Assembly: GCA_043228905.1 (NCBI GenBank)
Contig: JBHGNT010000113.1
Span: forward strand, 18,064 to 82,063
Direction: 5' to 3'
Length of the DNA: 64,000 nt
From: Azolla caroliniana
Lineage: Eukaryota > Plantae > Polypodiophyta
Under the pieces are notes generated by a model. It was not told the DNA's origin. It worked only from the letters and a program-made list of their open reading frames with translations, and made no database searches. Made by a program: the position numbers and the translations under genes. Positions 36,362 to 48,731 of the stretch are shown one piece after another. The stretch's first letter is position 1, and the number at the start of each line of letters is the position of its first letter.

Positions 36362-37218
36362 ATAGTACATAAACCTTGTTCAAATTATTCTCGTGGTCTC
36401 TCTCTAATTACACCCACACGAACAAGTGCGTCTCCCCAATCGCGCATTACACCCACACGAACGTAAACACGAGCACCAACGTCCCTCCAACACGAACGTA
36501 AACACGACCACCAACGTATAGAATTTGCCTATAGGGGACCGCAAACCACCCAAACGGAAAAAAAATATCAAAGCAGAACACCCATACCGCACACGCCACG
36601 GCAACGGCTAAGGTCAACTTGTACACGCGGCGAATGTGAACTTGCTTCCACACTTGCCCGATAGGACACTCCTAGTGTGGTAGTCCGGTTAGCTTTCCTT
36701 GTCGTCGTCGTTACCAACCCCTCGTCCGAACGAGCGAGTACGGACACCGGTCTATCTACGTTCATCGATGTAGCACACTCGGGAGCCACCACTCGTCCCG
36801 CAGTAGCCTCCGCGTGCTTAGTGTCTCGGCACTAGCACGTGCTAGTTTAATGTGCACGTGCCCGCACACCCCTACGCGCACGCGCGAGTGCGCACATCTA
36901 CCTACGTATGTATAAATGTTATGTTGCTCGACAAGCTCTCGCGCGAGGAGGAGGAGGAGTACCCGCCACAGGTTGCGCCCAGATTGTCTGGTGACAATAC
37001 GACACCTAGGACTAGCCTAGACGTGTGGGAGGGTGGACTAGTTGGTATGGGTCTTGGGCAAGAGTTGTACGCAGGGACACACACGTTATGGTAATGGGAG
37101 TGGTGAGTGACATGCATGTGCTCTGATTGCATGGCCATGTGTATATATTAAAGGTGGAGGGAGCAATGTCAATACAATCCATTAGGAGACAAGCACCGGG
37201 ATCATAAGGACAATCGCA

Positions 37219-38004
37219 ATGGCAAAGCTTACTTCCGTATTCCTCATGGCCGTGATCATGCTCGCCGCGTGTACCGCGGCCAATGCTAGGTCTGTAGGGC
37301 GGGACCGTGAAGAGGAGCGACGCGATCGACGTCGTGAGGGAGACATTGACGAGGAGAGGCGCGATCGACGCCGAGAGGGGGAGTGCGATGACGAGAGGCG
37401 CGAGCGACGTCGTGAGGGGTTCCTTGAGGAGGGGCGCCGCTACAGAGACAACAAGAGAGACTCCGAAGAGGAAAGGGAACGTCGTAGCCGTGGTCGCGAT
37501 GAGCCACGTGACGAGGAACTGAGGCGAGAGTGCGGTGATTTCATCGACAAGCAGATCCGAGAGCTACAAGAGCGCTCCGAAAGAGAGGAAGGTGAACAAG
37601 GACGTCGCTCCCCATGGATCGAAAACACTCGATACTCAAGACCCTCGGAACGGTGCTGCAGGAACGTCGAACGAATCCCCGCCGAAGATCGATGCGATCG
37701 CCTACGTGATGCCTTGTATGCTGACGAGGAGGAACGACGCAACGATGAAGGCCGACGCCATGGCCAACAATCAAGGGAACACCGTAGCTGGGAGGAAGAG
37801 GACGAGGAGCGCGAGAGAGATAGCAGCCGTGAGCGACGAGAGGGTGACGAACGCCGCCACCGCATGTCTCGACGACAAGAGGACGAACGTCAACAACGTC
37901 GCCAATTCAAGGCCGATGACGAGGAAAGAGCTCTAGGCGTCGCCGCCTCCCGCCTACTCCAACAGTGCGATCTTCGCCCTCGTGCTTGTATTCGTCGCTT
38001 CTAA
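37219..38004 (+). CDS. 2S-albumin-like storage protein (copy 23)
   Basis: Intact 261-aa ORF; synonymous AAT>AAC shared with copy 24. Confidence 0.85.
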   Translation: MAKLTSVFLMAVIMLAACTAANARSVGRDREEERRDRRREGDIDEERRDRRREGECDDERRERRREGFLEEGRRYRDNKRDSEEERERRSRGRDEPRDEELRRECGDFIDKQIRELQERSEREEGEQGRRSPWIENTRYSRPSERCCRNVERIPAEDRCDRLRDALYADEEERRNDEGRRHGQQSREHRSWEEEDEERERDSSRERREGDERRHRMSRRQEDERQQRRQFKADDEERALGVAASRLLQQCDLRPRACIRRF

Positions 38005-38861
38005 ATATTACATAAACCTTCTTCAAATTATTCTCGTGGTCTCTCTCTAATTACACCCACACGAACAAGTGCGTCTCCCCAATCGCGCATTACACCCACA
38101 CGAATGTAAACACGAGCACCAACGTCCCTCCAACACGAACGTAAACACGACCACCAACGTATAGAATTTGCCTATAGGGGACCGCAAACCACCCAAACGG
38201 AAAAAAAATATCAAAGCAGAACACCCATACCGCACACGCCACGGCAACGGCTAAGGTCAACTTGTACACGCGGCGAATGTGAACTTGCTTCCACACTTGC
38301 CCGATAGGACACTCCTAGTGTGGTAGTCCGGTTAGCTTTCCTTGTCGTCGTCGTTACCAACCCCTCGTCCGAACGAGCGAGTACGGACACCGGTCTATCT
38401 ACGTTCATCGATGTAGCACACTCGGGAGCCACCACTCGTCCCGCAGTAGCCTCCGCGTGCTTAGTGTCTCGGCACTAGCGCGTGCTAGTTTAATGTGCAC
38501 GTGCCCGCACACCCCTACGCGCACGCGCGAGTGCGCACATCTACCTACGTATGTATAAATGTTATGTTGCTCGACAAGCTCTCGCGCGAGGAGGAGGAGG
38601 AGTACCCGCCACAGGTTGCGCCCAGATTGTCTGGTGACAATACGACACCTAGGACTAGCCTAGACGTGTGGGAGGGTGGACTAGTTGGTATGGGTCTTGG
38701 GCAAGAGTTGTACGCAGGGACACACACGTTATGGTAATGGGAGTGGTGAGTGACATGCATGTGCTCTGATTGCATGGCCATGTGTATATATTAAAGGTGG
38801 AGGGAGCAATGTCAATACAATCCATTAGGAGACAAGCACCGGGATCATAAGGACAATCGCA

Positions 38862-39647
38862 ATGGCAAAGCTTACTTCCGTATTCCTCATGGCCGTGATC
38901 ATGCTCGCCGCGTGTACCGCGGCCAATGCTAGGTCTGTAGGGCGGGACCGTGAAGAGGAGCGACGCGATCGACGTCGTGAGGGAGACATTGACGAGGAGA
39001 GGCGCGATCGACGCCGAGAGGGGGAGTGCGATGACGAGAGGCGCGAGCGACGTCGTGAGGGGTTCCTTGAGGAGGGGCGCCGCTACAGAGACAACAAGAG
39101 AGACTCCGAAGAGGAAAGGGAACGTCGTAGCCGTGGTCGCGATGAGCCACGTGACGAGGAACTGAGGCGAGAGTGCGGTGATTTCATCGACAAGCAGATC
39201 CGAGAGCTACAAGAGCGCTCCGAAAGAGAGGAAGGTGAACAAGGACGTCGCTCCCCATGGATCGAAAACACTCGATACTCAAGACCCTCGGAACGGTGCT
39301 GCAGGAACGTCGAACGAATCCCCGCCGAAGATCGATGCGATCGCCTACGTGATGCCTTGTATGCTGACGAGGAGGAACGACGCAACGATGAAGGCCGACG
39401 CCATGGCCAACAATCAAGGGAACACCGTAGCTGGGAGGAAGAGGACGAGGAGCGCGAGAGAGATAGCAGCCGTGAGCGACGAGAGGGTGACGAACGCCGC
39501 CACCGCATGTCTCGACGACAAGAGGACGAACGTCAACAACGTCGCCAATTCAAGGCCGATGACGAGGAAAGAGCTCTAGGCGTCGCCGCCTCCCGCCTAC
39601 TCCAACAGTGCGATCTTCGCCCTCGTGCTTGTATTCGTCGCTTCTAA
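38862..39647 (+). CDS. 2S-albumin-like storage protein (copy 24)
   Basis: Intact 261-aa ORF, consensus protein. Confidence 0.85.
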   Translation: MAKLTSVFLMAVIMLAACTAANARSVGRDREEERRDRRREGDIDEERRDRRREGECDDERRERRREGFLEEGRRYRDNKRDSEEERERRSRGRDEPRDEELRRECGDFIDKQIRELQERSEREEGEQGRRSPWIENTRYSRPSERCCRNVERIPAEDRCDRLRDALYADEEERRNDEGRRHGQQSREHRSWEEEDEERERDSSRERREGDERRHRMSRRQEDERQQRRQFKADDEERALGVAASRLLQQCDLRPRACIRRF

Positions 39648-40504
39648 ATATTACATAAACCTTCTTCAAATTATTCTCGTGGTCTCTCTCTAATTACACC
39701 CACACGAACAAGTGCGTCTCCCCAATCGCGCATTACACCCACACGAACGTAAACACGAGCACCAACGTCCCTCCAACACGAACGTAAACACGACCACCAA
39801 CGTATAGAATTTGCCTATAGGGGACCGCAAACCACCCAAACGGAAAAAAAATATCAAAGCAGAACACCCATACCGCACACGCCACGGCAACGGCTAAGGT
39901 CAACTTGTACACGCGGCGAATGTGAACTTGCTTCCACACTTGCCCGATAGGACACTCCTAGTGTGGTAGTCCGGTTAGCTTTCCTTGTCGTCGTCGTTAC
40001 CAACCCCTCGTCCGAACGAGCGAGTACGGACACCGGTCTATCTACGTTCATCGATGTAGCACACTCGGGAGCCACCACTCGTCCCGCAGTAGCCTCCGCG
40101 TGCTTAGTGTCTCGGCACTAGCGCGTGCTAGTTTAATGTGCACGTGCCCGCACACCCCTACGCGCACGCGCGAGTGCGCACATCTACCTACGTATGTATA
40201 AATGTTATGTTGCTCGACAAGCTCTCGCGCGAGGAGGAGGAGGAGTACCCGCCACAGGTTGCGCCCAGATTGTCTGGTGACAATACGACACCTAGGACTA
40301 GCCTAGACGTGTGGGAGGGTGGACTAGTTGGTATGGGTCTTGGGCAAGAGTTGTACGCAGGGACACACACGTTATGGTAATGGGAGTGGTGAGTGACATG
40401 CATGTGCTCTGATTGCATGGCCATGTGTATATATTAAAGGTGGAGGGAGCAATGTCAATACAATCCATTAGGAGACAAGCACCGGGATCATAAGGACAAT
40501 CGCA

Positions 40505-41290
40505 ATGGCAAAGCTTACTTCCGTATTCCTCATGGCCGTGATCATGCTCGTCGCGTGTACCGCGGCCAATGCTAGGTCTGTAGGGCGGGACCGTGAAGAG
40601 GAGCGACGCGATCGACGTCGTGAGGGAGACATTGACGAGGAGAGGCGCGATCGACGCCGAGAGGGGGAGTGCGATGACGAGAGGCGCGAGCGACGTCGTG
40701 AGGGGTTCCTTGAGGAGGGGCGCCGCTACAGAGACAACAAGAGAGACTCCGAAGAGGAAAGGGAACGTCGTAGCCGTGGTCGCGATGAGCCACGTGACGA
40801 GGAACTGAGGCGAGAGTGCGGTGATTTCATCGACAAGCAGATCCGAGAGCTACAAGAGCGCTCCGAAAGAGAGGAAGGTGAACAAGGACGTCGCTCCCCA
40901 TGGATCGAAAACACTCGATACTCAAGACCCTCGGAACGGTGCTGCAGGAACGTCGAACGAATCCCCGCCGAAGATCGATGCGATCGCCTACGTGATGCCT
41001 TGTATGCTGGCGAGGAGGAACGACGCAATGATGAAGGCCGACGCCATGGCCAACAATCAAGGGAACACCGTAGCTGGGAGGAAGAGGACGAGGAGCGCGA
41101 GAGAGATAGCAGCCGTGAGCGACGAGAGGGTGACGAACGCCGCCACCGCATGTCTCGACGACAAGAGGACGAACGTCAACAACGTCGCCAATTCAAGGCC
41201 GATGACGAGGAAAGAGCTCTAGGCGTCGCCGCCTCCCGCCTACTCCAACAGTGCGATCTTCGCCCTCGTGCTTGTATTCGTCGCTTCTAA
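40505..41290 (+). CDS. 2S-albumin-like storage protein (copy 25, A16V D169G)
   Basis: Intact 261-aa ORF. Confidence 0.85.
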   Translation: MAKLTSVFLMAVIMLVACTAANARSVGRDREEERRDRRREGDIDEERRDRRREGECDDERRERRREGFLEEGRRYRDNKRDSEEERERRSRGRDEPRDEELRRECGDFIDKQIRELQERSEREEGEQGRRSPWIENTRYSRPSERCCRNVERIPAEDRCDRLRDALYAGEEERRNDEGRRHGQQSREHRSWEEEDEERERDSSRERREGDERRHRMSRRQEDERQQRRQFKADDEERALGVAASRLLQQCDLRPRACIRRF

Positions 41291-42153
41291 ATAGTACATA
41301 AACCTTGTTCAAATTATTCTCGTGGTCTCTCTCTAATTTCTCGTAAGTGTTTACGAACAAGTGCGTCTCCCCAATCGCGCATTACACCCACACGAACGTA
41401 AACACGAGCACCAACGTCCCTCCAACACGAACGTAAACACGACCACCAACGTATAGAATTTGCCTATAGGGGACCGCAAACCACCCAAACGGAAAAAAAA
41501 TATCAAAGCAGAACACCCATACCGCACACGCCACGGCAACGGCTAAGGTCAACTTGTACACGCGGCGAATGTGAACTTGCTTCCACACTTGCCCGATAGG
41601 ACACTCCTAGTGTGGTAGTCCGGTTAGCTTTCCTTGTCGTCGTCGTTACCAACCCCTCGTCCGAACGAGCGAGTACGGACACCGGTCTATCTACGTTCAT
41701 CGAAGTAGCACACTCGGGAGCCACCACTCGTCCCGCAGTAGCCTCCGCGTGCTTAGTGTCTCGGCACTAGCGCGTGCTAGTTTAATGTGCACGTGCCCGC
41801 ACACCCCTACGCGCACGCGCGAGTGCGCACATCTACCTACGTATGTATAAATGTTATGTTGCTCGACAAGCTCTCGCGCGAGGAGGAGGAGGAGTACCCG
41901 CCACAGGTTGCGCCCAGATTGTCTGGTGACAATACGACACCTAGGACTAGCCTAGACGTGTGGGAGGGTGGACTAGTTGGTATGGGTCTTGGGCAAGAGT
42001 TGTACGCAGGGACACACACGTTATGGTAATGGGAGTGGTGAGTGACATGCATGTGCTCTGATTGCATGGCCATGTGTATATATTAAAGGTGGAGGGAGCA
42101 ATGTCAATACAATCCATTAGGAGACAAGCACCGGGATCATAAGGACAATCGCA

Positions 42154-42939
42154 ATGGCAAAGCTTACTTCCGTATTCCTCATGGCCGTGATCATGCTCGC
42201 CGCGTGTACCGCGGCCAATGCTAGGTCTGTAGGGCGGGACCGTGAAGAGGAGCGACGCGATCGACGTCGTGAGGGAGACATTGACGAGGAGAGGCGCGAT
42301 CGACGCCGAGAGGGGGAGTGCGATGACGAGAGGCGCGAGCGACGTCGTGAGGGGTTCCTTGAGGAGGGGCGCCGCTACAGAGACAACAAGAGAGACTCCG
42401 AAGAGGAAAGGGAACGTCGTAGCCGTGGTCGCGATGAGCCACGTGACGAGGAACTGAGGCGAGAGTGCAGTGATTTCATCGACAAGCAGATCCGAGAGCT
42501 ACAAGAGCGCTCCGAAAGAGAGGAAGGTGAACAAGGACGTCGCTCCCCATGGATCGAAAACACTCGATACTCAAGACCCTCGGAACGGTGCTGCAGGAAC
42601 GTCGAACGAATCCCCGCCGAAGATCGATGCGATCGCCTACGTGATGCCTTGTATGCTGACGAGGAGGAACGACGCAATGATGAAGGCCGACGCCATGGCC
42701 AACAATCAAGGGAACACCGTAGCTGGGAGGAAGAGGACGAGGAGCGCGAGAGAGATAGCAGCCGTGAGCGACGAGAGGGTGACGAACGCCGCCACCGCAT
42801 GTCTCGACGACAAGAGGACGAACGTCAACAACGTCGCCAATTCAAGGCCGATGACGAGGAAAGAGCTCTAGGCGTCGCCGCCTCCCGCCTACTCCAACAG
42901 TGCGATCTTCGCCCTCGTGCTTGTATTCGTCGCTTCTAA
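42154..42939 (+). CDS. 2S-albumin-like storage protein (copy 26, G106S)
   Basis: Intact 261-aa ORF; ECSDFI. Confidence 0.85.
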   Translation: MAKLTSVFLMAVIMLAACTAANARSVGRDREEERRDRRREGDIDEERRDRRREGECDDERRERRREGFLEEGRRYRDNKRDSEEERERRSRGRDEPRDEELRRECSDFIDKQIRELQERSEREEGEQGRRSPWIENTRYSRPSERCCRNVERIPAEDRCDRLRDALYADEEERRNDEGRRHGQQSREHRSWEEEDEERERDSSRERREGDERRHRMSRRQEDERQQRRQFKADDEERALGVAASRLLQQCDLRPRACIRRF

Positions 42940-43796
42940 ATAGTACATAAACCTTGTTCAAATTATTCTCGTGGTCTCTCTCTAATTACACCCACACGAA
43001 CAAGTGCGTCTCCCCAATCGCGCATTACACCCACACGAACGTAAACACGAGCACCAACGTCCCTCCAACACGAACGTAAACACGACCACCAACGTATAGA
43101 ATTTGCCTATAGGGGACCGCAAACCACCCAAACGGAAAAAAAATATCAAAGCAGAACACCCATACCGCACACGCCACGGCAACGGCTAAGGTCAACTTGT
43201 ACACGCGGCGAATGTGAACTTGCTTCCACACTTGCCCGATAGGACACTCCTAGTGTGGTAGTCCGGTTAGCTTTGCTTGTCGTCGTCGTTACCAACCCCT
43301 CGTCCGAACGAGCGAGTACGGACACCGGTCTATCTACGTTCATCGATGTAGCACACTCGGGAGCCACCACTCGTCCCGCAGTAGCCTCCGCGTGCTTAGT
43401 GTCTCGGCACTAGCGCGTGCTAGTTTAATGTGCACGTGCCCGCACACCCCTACGCGCACGCGCGAGTGCGCACATCTACCTACGTATGTATAAATGTTAT
43501 GTTGCTCGACAAGCTCTCGCGCGAGGAGGAGGAGGAGTACCCGCCACAGGTTGCGCCCAGATTGTCTGGTGACAATACGACACCTAGGACTAGCCTAGAC
43601 GTGTGGGAGGGTGGACTAGTTGGTATGGGTCTTGGGCAAGAGTTGTACGCAGGGACACACACGTTATGGTAATGGGAGTGGTGAGTGACATGCATGTGCT
43701 CTGATTGCATGGCCATGTGTATATATTAAAGGTGGAGGGAGCAATGTCAATACAATCCATTAGGAGACAAGCACCGGGATCATAAGGACAATCGCA

Positions 43797-44582
43797 ATGG
43801 CAAAGCTTACTTCCGTATTCCTCATGGCCGTGATCATGCTCGCCGCGTGTACCGCGGCCAATGCTAGGTCTGTAGGGCGGGACCGTGAAGAGGAGCGATG
43901 CGATCGACGTCGTGAGGGAGACATTGACGAGGAGAGGCGCGATCGACGCCGAGAGGGGGAGTGCGATGACGAGAGGCGCGAGCGACGTCGTGAGGGGTTC
44001 CTTGAGGAGGGGCGCCGCTACAGAGACAACAAGAGAGACTCCGAAGAGGAAAGGGAACGTCGTAGCCGTGGTCGCGATGAGCCACGTGACGAGGAACTGA
44101 GGCGAGAGTGCAGTGATTTCATCGACAAGCAGATCCGAGAGCTACAAGAGCGCTCCGAAAGAGAGGAAGGTGAACAAGGACGTCGCTCCCCATGGATCGA
44201 AAACACTCGATACTCAAGACCCTCGGAACGGTGCTGCAGGAACGTCGAACGAATCCCCGCCGAAGATCGATGCGATCGCCTACGTGATGCCTTGTATGCT
44301 GACGAGGAGGAACGACGCAATGATGAAGGCCGACGCCATGGCCAACAATCAAGGGAACACCGTAGCTGGGAGGAAGAGGACGAGGAGCGCGAGAGAGATA
44401 GCAGCCGTGAGCGACGAGAGGGTGACGAACGCCGCCACCGCATGTCTCGACGACAAGAGGACGAACGTCAACAACGTCGCCAATTCAAGGCCGATGACGA
44501 GGAAAGAGCTCTAGGCGTCGCCGCCTCCCGCCTACTCCAATAGTGCGATCTTCGCCCTCGTGCTTGTATTCGTCGCTTCTAA
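43797..44582 (+). pseudogene. 2S-albumin-like gene copy 27 with late nonsense mutation Q249* (248-aa product)
   Basis: CAG>TAG at 44541-44543 removes C250 and C257; also R35C and G106S. Could still be translated as a truncated protein. Confidence 0.75.
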
Positions 44583-45439
44583 ATAGTACATAAACCTTGT
44601 TCAAATTATTCTCGTGGTCTCTCTCTAATTACACCCACACGAACAAGTGCGTCTCCCCAATCGCGCATTACACCCACACGAACGTAAACACGAGCACCAA
44701 CGTCCCTCCAACACGAACGTAAACACGACCACCAACGTATAGAATTTGCCTATAGGGGACCGCAAACCACCCAAACGGAAAAAAAATATCAAAGCAGAAC
44801 ACCCATACCGCACACGCCACGGCAACGGCTAAGGTCAACTTGTACACGCGGCGAATGTGAACTTGCTTCCACACTTGCCCGATAGGACACTCCTAGTGTG
44901 GTAGTCCGGTTAGCTTTCCTTGTCGTCGTCGTTACCAACCCCTCGTCCGAACGAGCGAGTACGGACACCGGTCTATCTACGTTCATCGATGTAGCACACT
45001 CGGGAGCCACCACTCGTCCCGCAGTAGCCTCCGCGTGCTTAGTGTCTCGGCACTAGCGCGTGCTAGTTTAATGTGCACGTGCCCGCACACCCCTACGCGC
45101 ACGCGCGAGTGCGCACATCTACCTACGTATGTATAAATGTTATGTTGCTCGACAAGCTCTCGCGCGAGGAGGAGGAGGAGTACCCGCCACAGGTTGCGCC
45201 CAGATTGTCTGGTGACAATACGACACCTAGGACTAGCCTAGACGTGTGGGAGGGTGGACTAGTTGGTATGGGTCTTGGGCAAGAGTTGTACGCAGGGACA
45301 CACACGTTATGGTAATGGGAGTGGTGAGTGACATGCATGTGCTCTGATTGCATGGCCATGTGTATATATTAAAGGTGGAGGGAGCAATGTCAATACAATC
45401 CATTAGGAGACAAGCACCGGGATCATAAGGACAATCGCA

Positions 45440-46225
45440 ATGGCAAAGCTTACTTCCGTATTCCTCATGGCCGTGATCATGCTCGCCGCGTGTACCGCGG
45501 CCAATGCTAGGTCTGTAGGGCGGGACCGTGAAGAGGAGCGATGCGATCGACGTCGTGAGGGAGACATTGACGAGGAGAGGCGCGATCGACGCCGAGAGGG
45601 GGAGTGCGATGACGAGAGGCGCGAGCGACGTCGTGAGGGGTTCCTTGAGGAGGGGCGCCGCTACAGAGACAACAAGAGAGACTCCGAAGAGGAAAGGGAA
45701 CGTCGTAGCCGTGGTCGCGATGAGCCACGTGACGAGGAACTGAGGCAAGAGTGCGGTGATTTCATCGACAAGCAGATCCGAGAGCTACAAGAGCGCTCCG
45801 AAAGAGAGGAAGGTGAACAAGGACGTCGCTCCCCATGGATCGAAAACACTCGATACTCAAGACCCTCGGAACGGTGCTGCAGGAACGTCGAACGAATCCC
45901 CGCCGAAGATCGATGCGATCGCCTACGTGATGCCTTGTATGCTGACGAGGAGGAACGACGCAATGATGAAGGCCGACGCCATGGCCAACAATCAAGGGAA
46001 CACCGTAGCTGGGAGGAAGAGGACGAGGAGCGCGAGAGAGATAGCAGCCGTGAGCGACGAGAGGGTGACGAACGCCGCCACCGCATGTCTCGACGAAAAG
46101 AGGACGAACGTCAACAACGTCGCCAATTCAAGGCCGATGACGAGGAAAGAGCTCTAGGCGTCGCCGCCTCCCGCCTACTCCAACAGTGCGATCTTCGCCC
46201 TCGTGCTTGTATTCGTCGCTTCTAA
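45440..46225 (+). CDS. 2S-albumin-like storage protein (copy 28, R35C R103Q Q220K)
   Basis: Intact 261-aa ORF with three substitutions. Confidence 0.85.
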   Translation: MAKLTSVFLMAVIMLAACTAANARSVGRDREEERCDRRREGDIDEERRDRRREGECDDERRERRREGFLEEGRRYRDNKRDSEEERERRSRGRDEPRDEELRQECGDFIDKQIRELQERSEREEGEQGRRSPWIENTRYSRPSERCCRNVERIPAEDRCDRLRDALYADEEERRNDEGRRHGQQSREHRSWEEEDEERERDSSRERREGDERRHRMSRRKEDERQQRRQFKADDEERALGVAASRLLQQCDLRPRACIRRF

Positions 46226-47088
46226 ATAGTACATAAACCTTGTTCAAATTATTCTCGTGGTCTCTCTCTAATTTCTCGTAAGTGTTTACGAACAAGTGCG
46301 TCTCCCCAATCGCGCATTACACCCACACGAACGTAAACACGAGCACCAACGTCCCTCCAACACGAACGTAAACAGGACCACCAACGTATAGAATTTGCCT
46401 ATAGGGGACCGCAAACCACCCAAACGGAAAAAAAATATCAAAGCAGAACACCCATACCGCACACGCCACGGCAACGGCTAAGGTCAACTTGTACACGCGG
46501 CGAATGTGAACTTGCTTCCACACTTGCCCGATAGGACACTCCTAGTGTGGTAGTCCGGTTAGCTTTCCTTGTCGTCGTCGTTACCAACCCCTCGTCCGAA
46601 CGAGCGAGTACGGACACCGGTCTATCTACGTTCATCGATGTAGCACACTCGGGAGCCACCACTCGTCCCGCAGTAGCCTCCGCGTGCTTAGTGTCTCGGC
46701 ACTAGCGCGTGCTAGTTTAATGTGCACGTGCCCGCACACCCCTACGCGCACGCGCGAGTGCGCACATCTACCTACGTATGTATAAATGTTATGTTGCTCG
46801 ACAAGCTCTCGCGCGAGGAGGAGGAGGAGTACCCGCCACAGGTTGCGCCCAGATTGTCTGGTGACAATACGACACCTAGGACTAGCCTAGACGTGTGGGA
46901 GGGTGGACTAGTTGGTATGGGTCTTGGGCAAGAGTTGTACGCAGGGACACACACGTTATGGTAATGGGAGTGGTGAGTGACATGCATGTGCTCTGATTGC
47001 ATGGCCATGTGTATATATTAAAGGTGGAGGGAGCAATGTCAATACAATCCATTAGGAGACAAGCACCGGGATCATAAGGACAATCGCA

Positions 47089-47874
47089 ATGGCAAAGCTT
47101 ACTTCCGTATTCCTCATGGCCGTGATCATGCTCGCCGCGTGTACCGCGGCCAATGCTAGGTCTGTAGGGCGGGACCGTGAAGAGGAGCGACGCGATCGAC
47201 GTCGTGAGGGAGACATTGACGAGGAGAGGCGCGATCGACGCCGAGAGGGGGAGTGCGATGACGAGAGGCGCGAGCGACGTCGTGAGGGGTTCCTTGAGGA
47301 GGGGCGCCGCTACAGAGACAACAAGAGAGACTCCGAAGAGGAAAGGGAACGTCGTAGCCGTGGTCGCGATGAGCCACGTGACGAGGAACTGAGGCGAGAG
47401 TGCGGTGATTTCATCGACAAGCAGATCCGAGAGCTACAAGAGCGCTCCGAAAGAGAGGAAGGTGAACAAGGACGTCGCTCCCCATGGATCGAAAACACTC
47501 GATACTCAAGACCCTCGGAACGGTGCTGCAGGAACGTCGAACGAATCCCCGCCGAAGATCGATGCGATCGCCTACGTGATGCCTTGTATGCTGACGAGGA
47601 GGAACGACGCAATGATGAAGGCCGACGCCATGGCCAACAATCAAGGGAACACCGTAGCTGGGAGGAAGAGGACGAGGAGCGCGAGAGAGATAGCAGCCGT
47701 GAGCGACGAGAGGGTGACGAACGCCGCCACCGCATGTCTCGACGACAAGAGGACGAACGTCAACAACGTCGCCAATTCAAGGCCGATGACGAGGAAAGAG
47801 CTCTAGGCGTCGCCGCCTCCCGCCTACTCCAACAGTGCGATCTTCGCCCTCGTGCTTGTATTCGTCGCTTCTAA
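47089..47874 (+). CDS. 2S-albumin-like storage protein (copy 29)
   Basis: Intact 261-aa ORF, consensus protein. Confidence 0.85.
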   Translation: MAKLTSVFLMAVIMLAACTAANARSVGRDREEERRDRRREGDIDEERRDRRREGECDDERRERRREGFLEEGRRYRDNKRDSEEERERRSRGRDEPRDEELRRECGDFIDKQIRELQERSEREEGEQGRRSPWIENTRYSRPSERCCRNVERIPAEDRCDRLRDALYADEEERRNDEGRRHGQQSREHRSWEEEDEERERDSSRERREGDERRHRMSRRQEDERQQRRQFKADDEERALGVAASRLLQQCDLRPRACIRRF

Positions 47875-48731
47875 ATAGTACATAAACCTTGTTCAAATTA
47901 TTCTCGTGGTCTCTCTCTAATTACACCCACACGAACAAGTGCGTCTCCCCAATCGCGCATTACACCCACACGAACGTAAACACGAGCACCAACGTCCCTC
48001 CAACACGAACGTAAACACGACCACCAACGTATAGAATTTGCCTATAGGGGACCGCAAACCACCCAAACGGAAAAAAAATATCAAAGCAGAACACCCATAC
48101 CGCACACGCCACGGCAACGGCTAAGGTCAACTTGTACACGCGGCGAATGTGAACTTGCTTCCACACTTGCCCGATAGGACACTCCTAGTGTGGTAGTCCG
48201 GTTAGCTTTCCTTGTCGTCGTCGTTACCAACCCCTCGTCCGAACGAGCGAGTACGGACACCGGTCTATCTACGTTCATCGATGTAGCACACTCGGGAGCC
48301 ACCACTCGTCCCGCAGTAGCCTCCGCGTGCTTAGTGTCTCGGCACTAGCGCGTGCTAGTTTAATGTGCACGTGCCCGCACACCCCTACGCGCACGCGCGA
48401 GTGCGCACATCTACCTACGTATGTATAAATGTTATGTTGCTCGACAAGCTCTCGCGCGAGGAGGAGGAGGAGTACCCGCCACAGGTTGCGCCCAGATTGT
48501 CTGGTGACAATACGACACCTAGGACTAGCCTAGACGTGTGGGAGGGTGGACTAGTTGGTATGGGTCTTGGGCAAGAGTTGTACGCAGGGACACACACGTT
48601 ATGGTAATGGGAGTGGTGAGTGACATGCATGTGCTCTGATTGCATGGCCATGTGTATATATTAAAGGTGGAGGGAGCAATGTCAATACAATCCATTAGGA
48701 GACAAGCACCGGGATCATAAGGACAATCGCA

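Noticed and set aside
45233-45748. 171-aa minus-strand ORF unique to copy 28
   Set aside because: Its start is created by the single R103Q SNP; it is an incidental antisense frame across the promoter.
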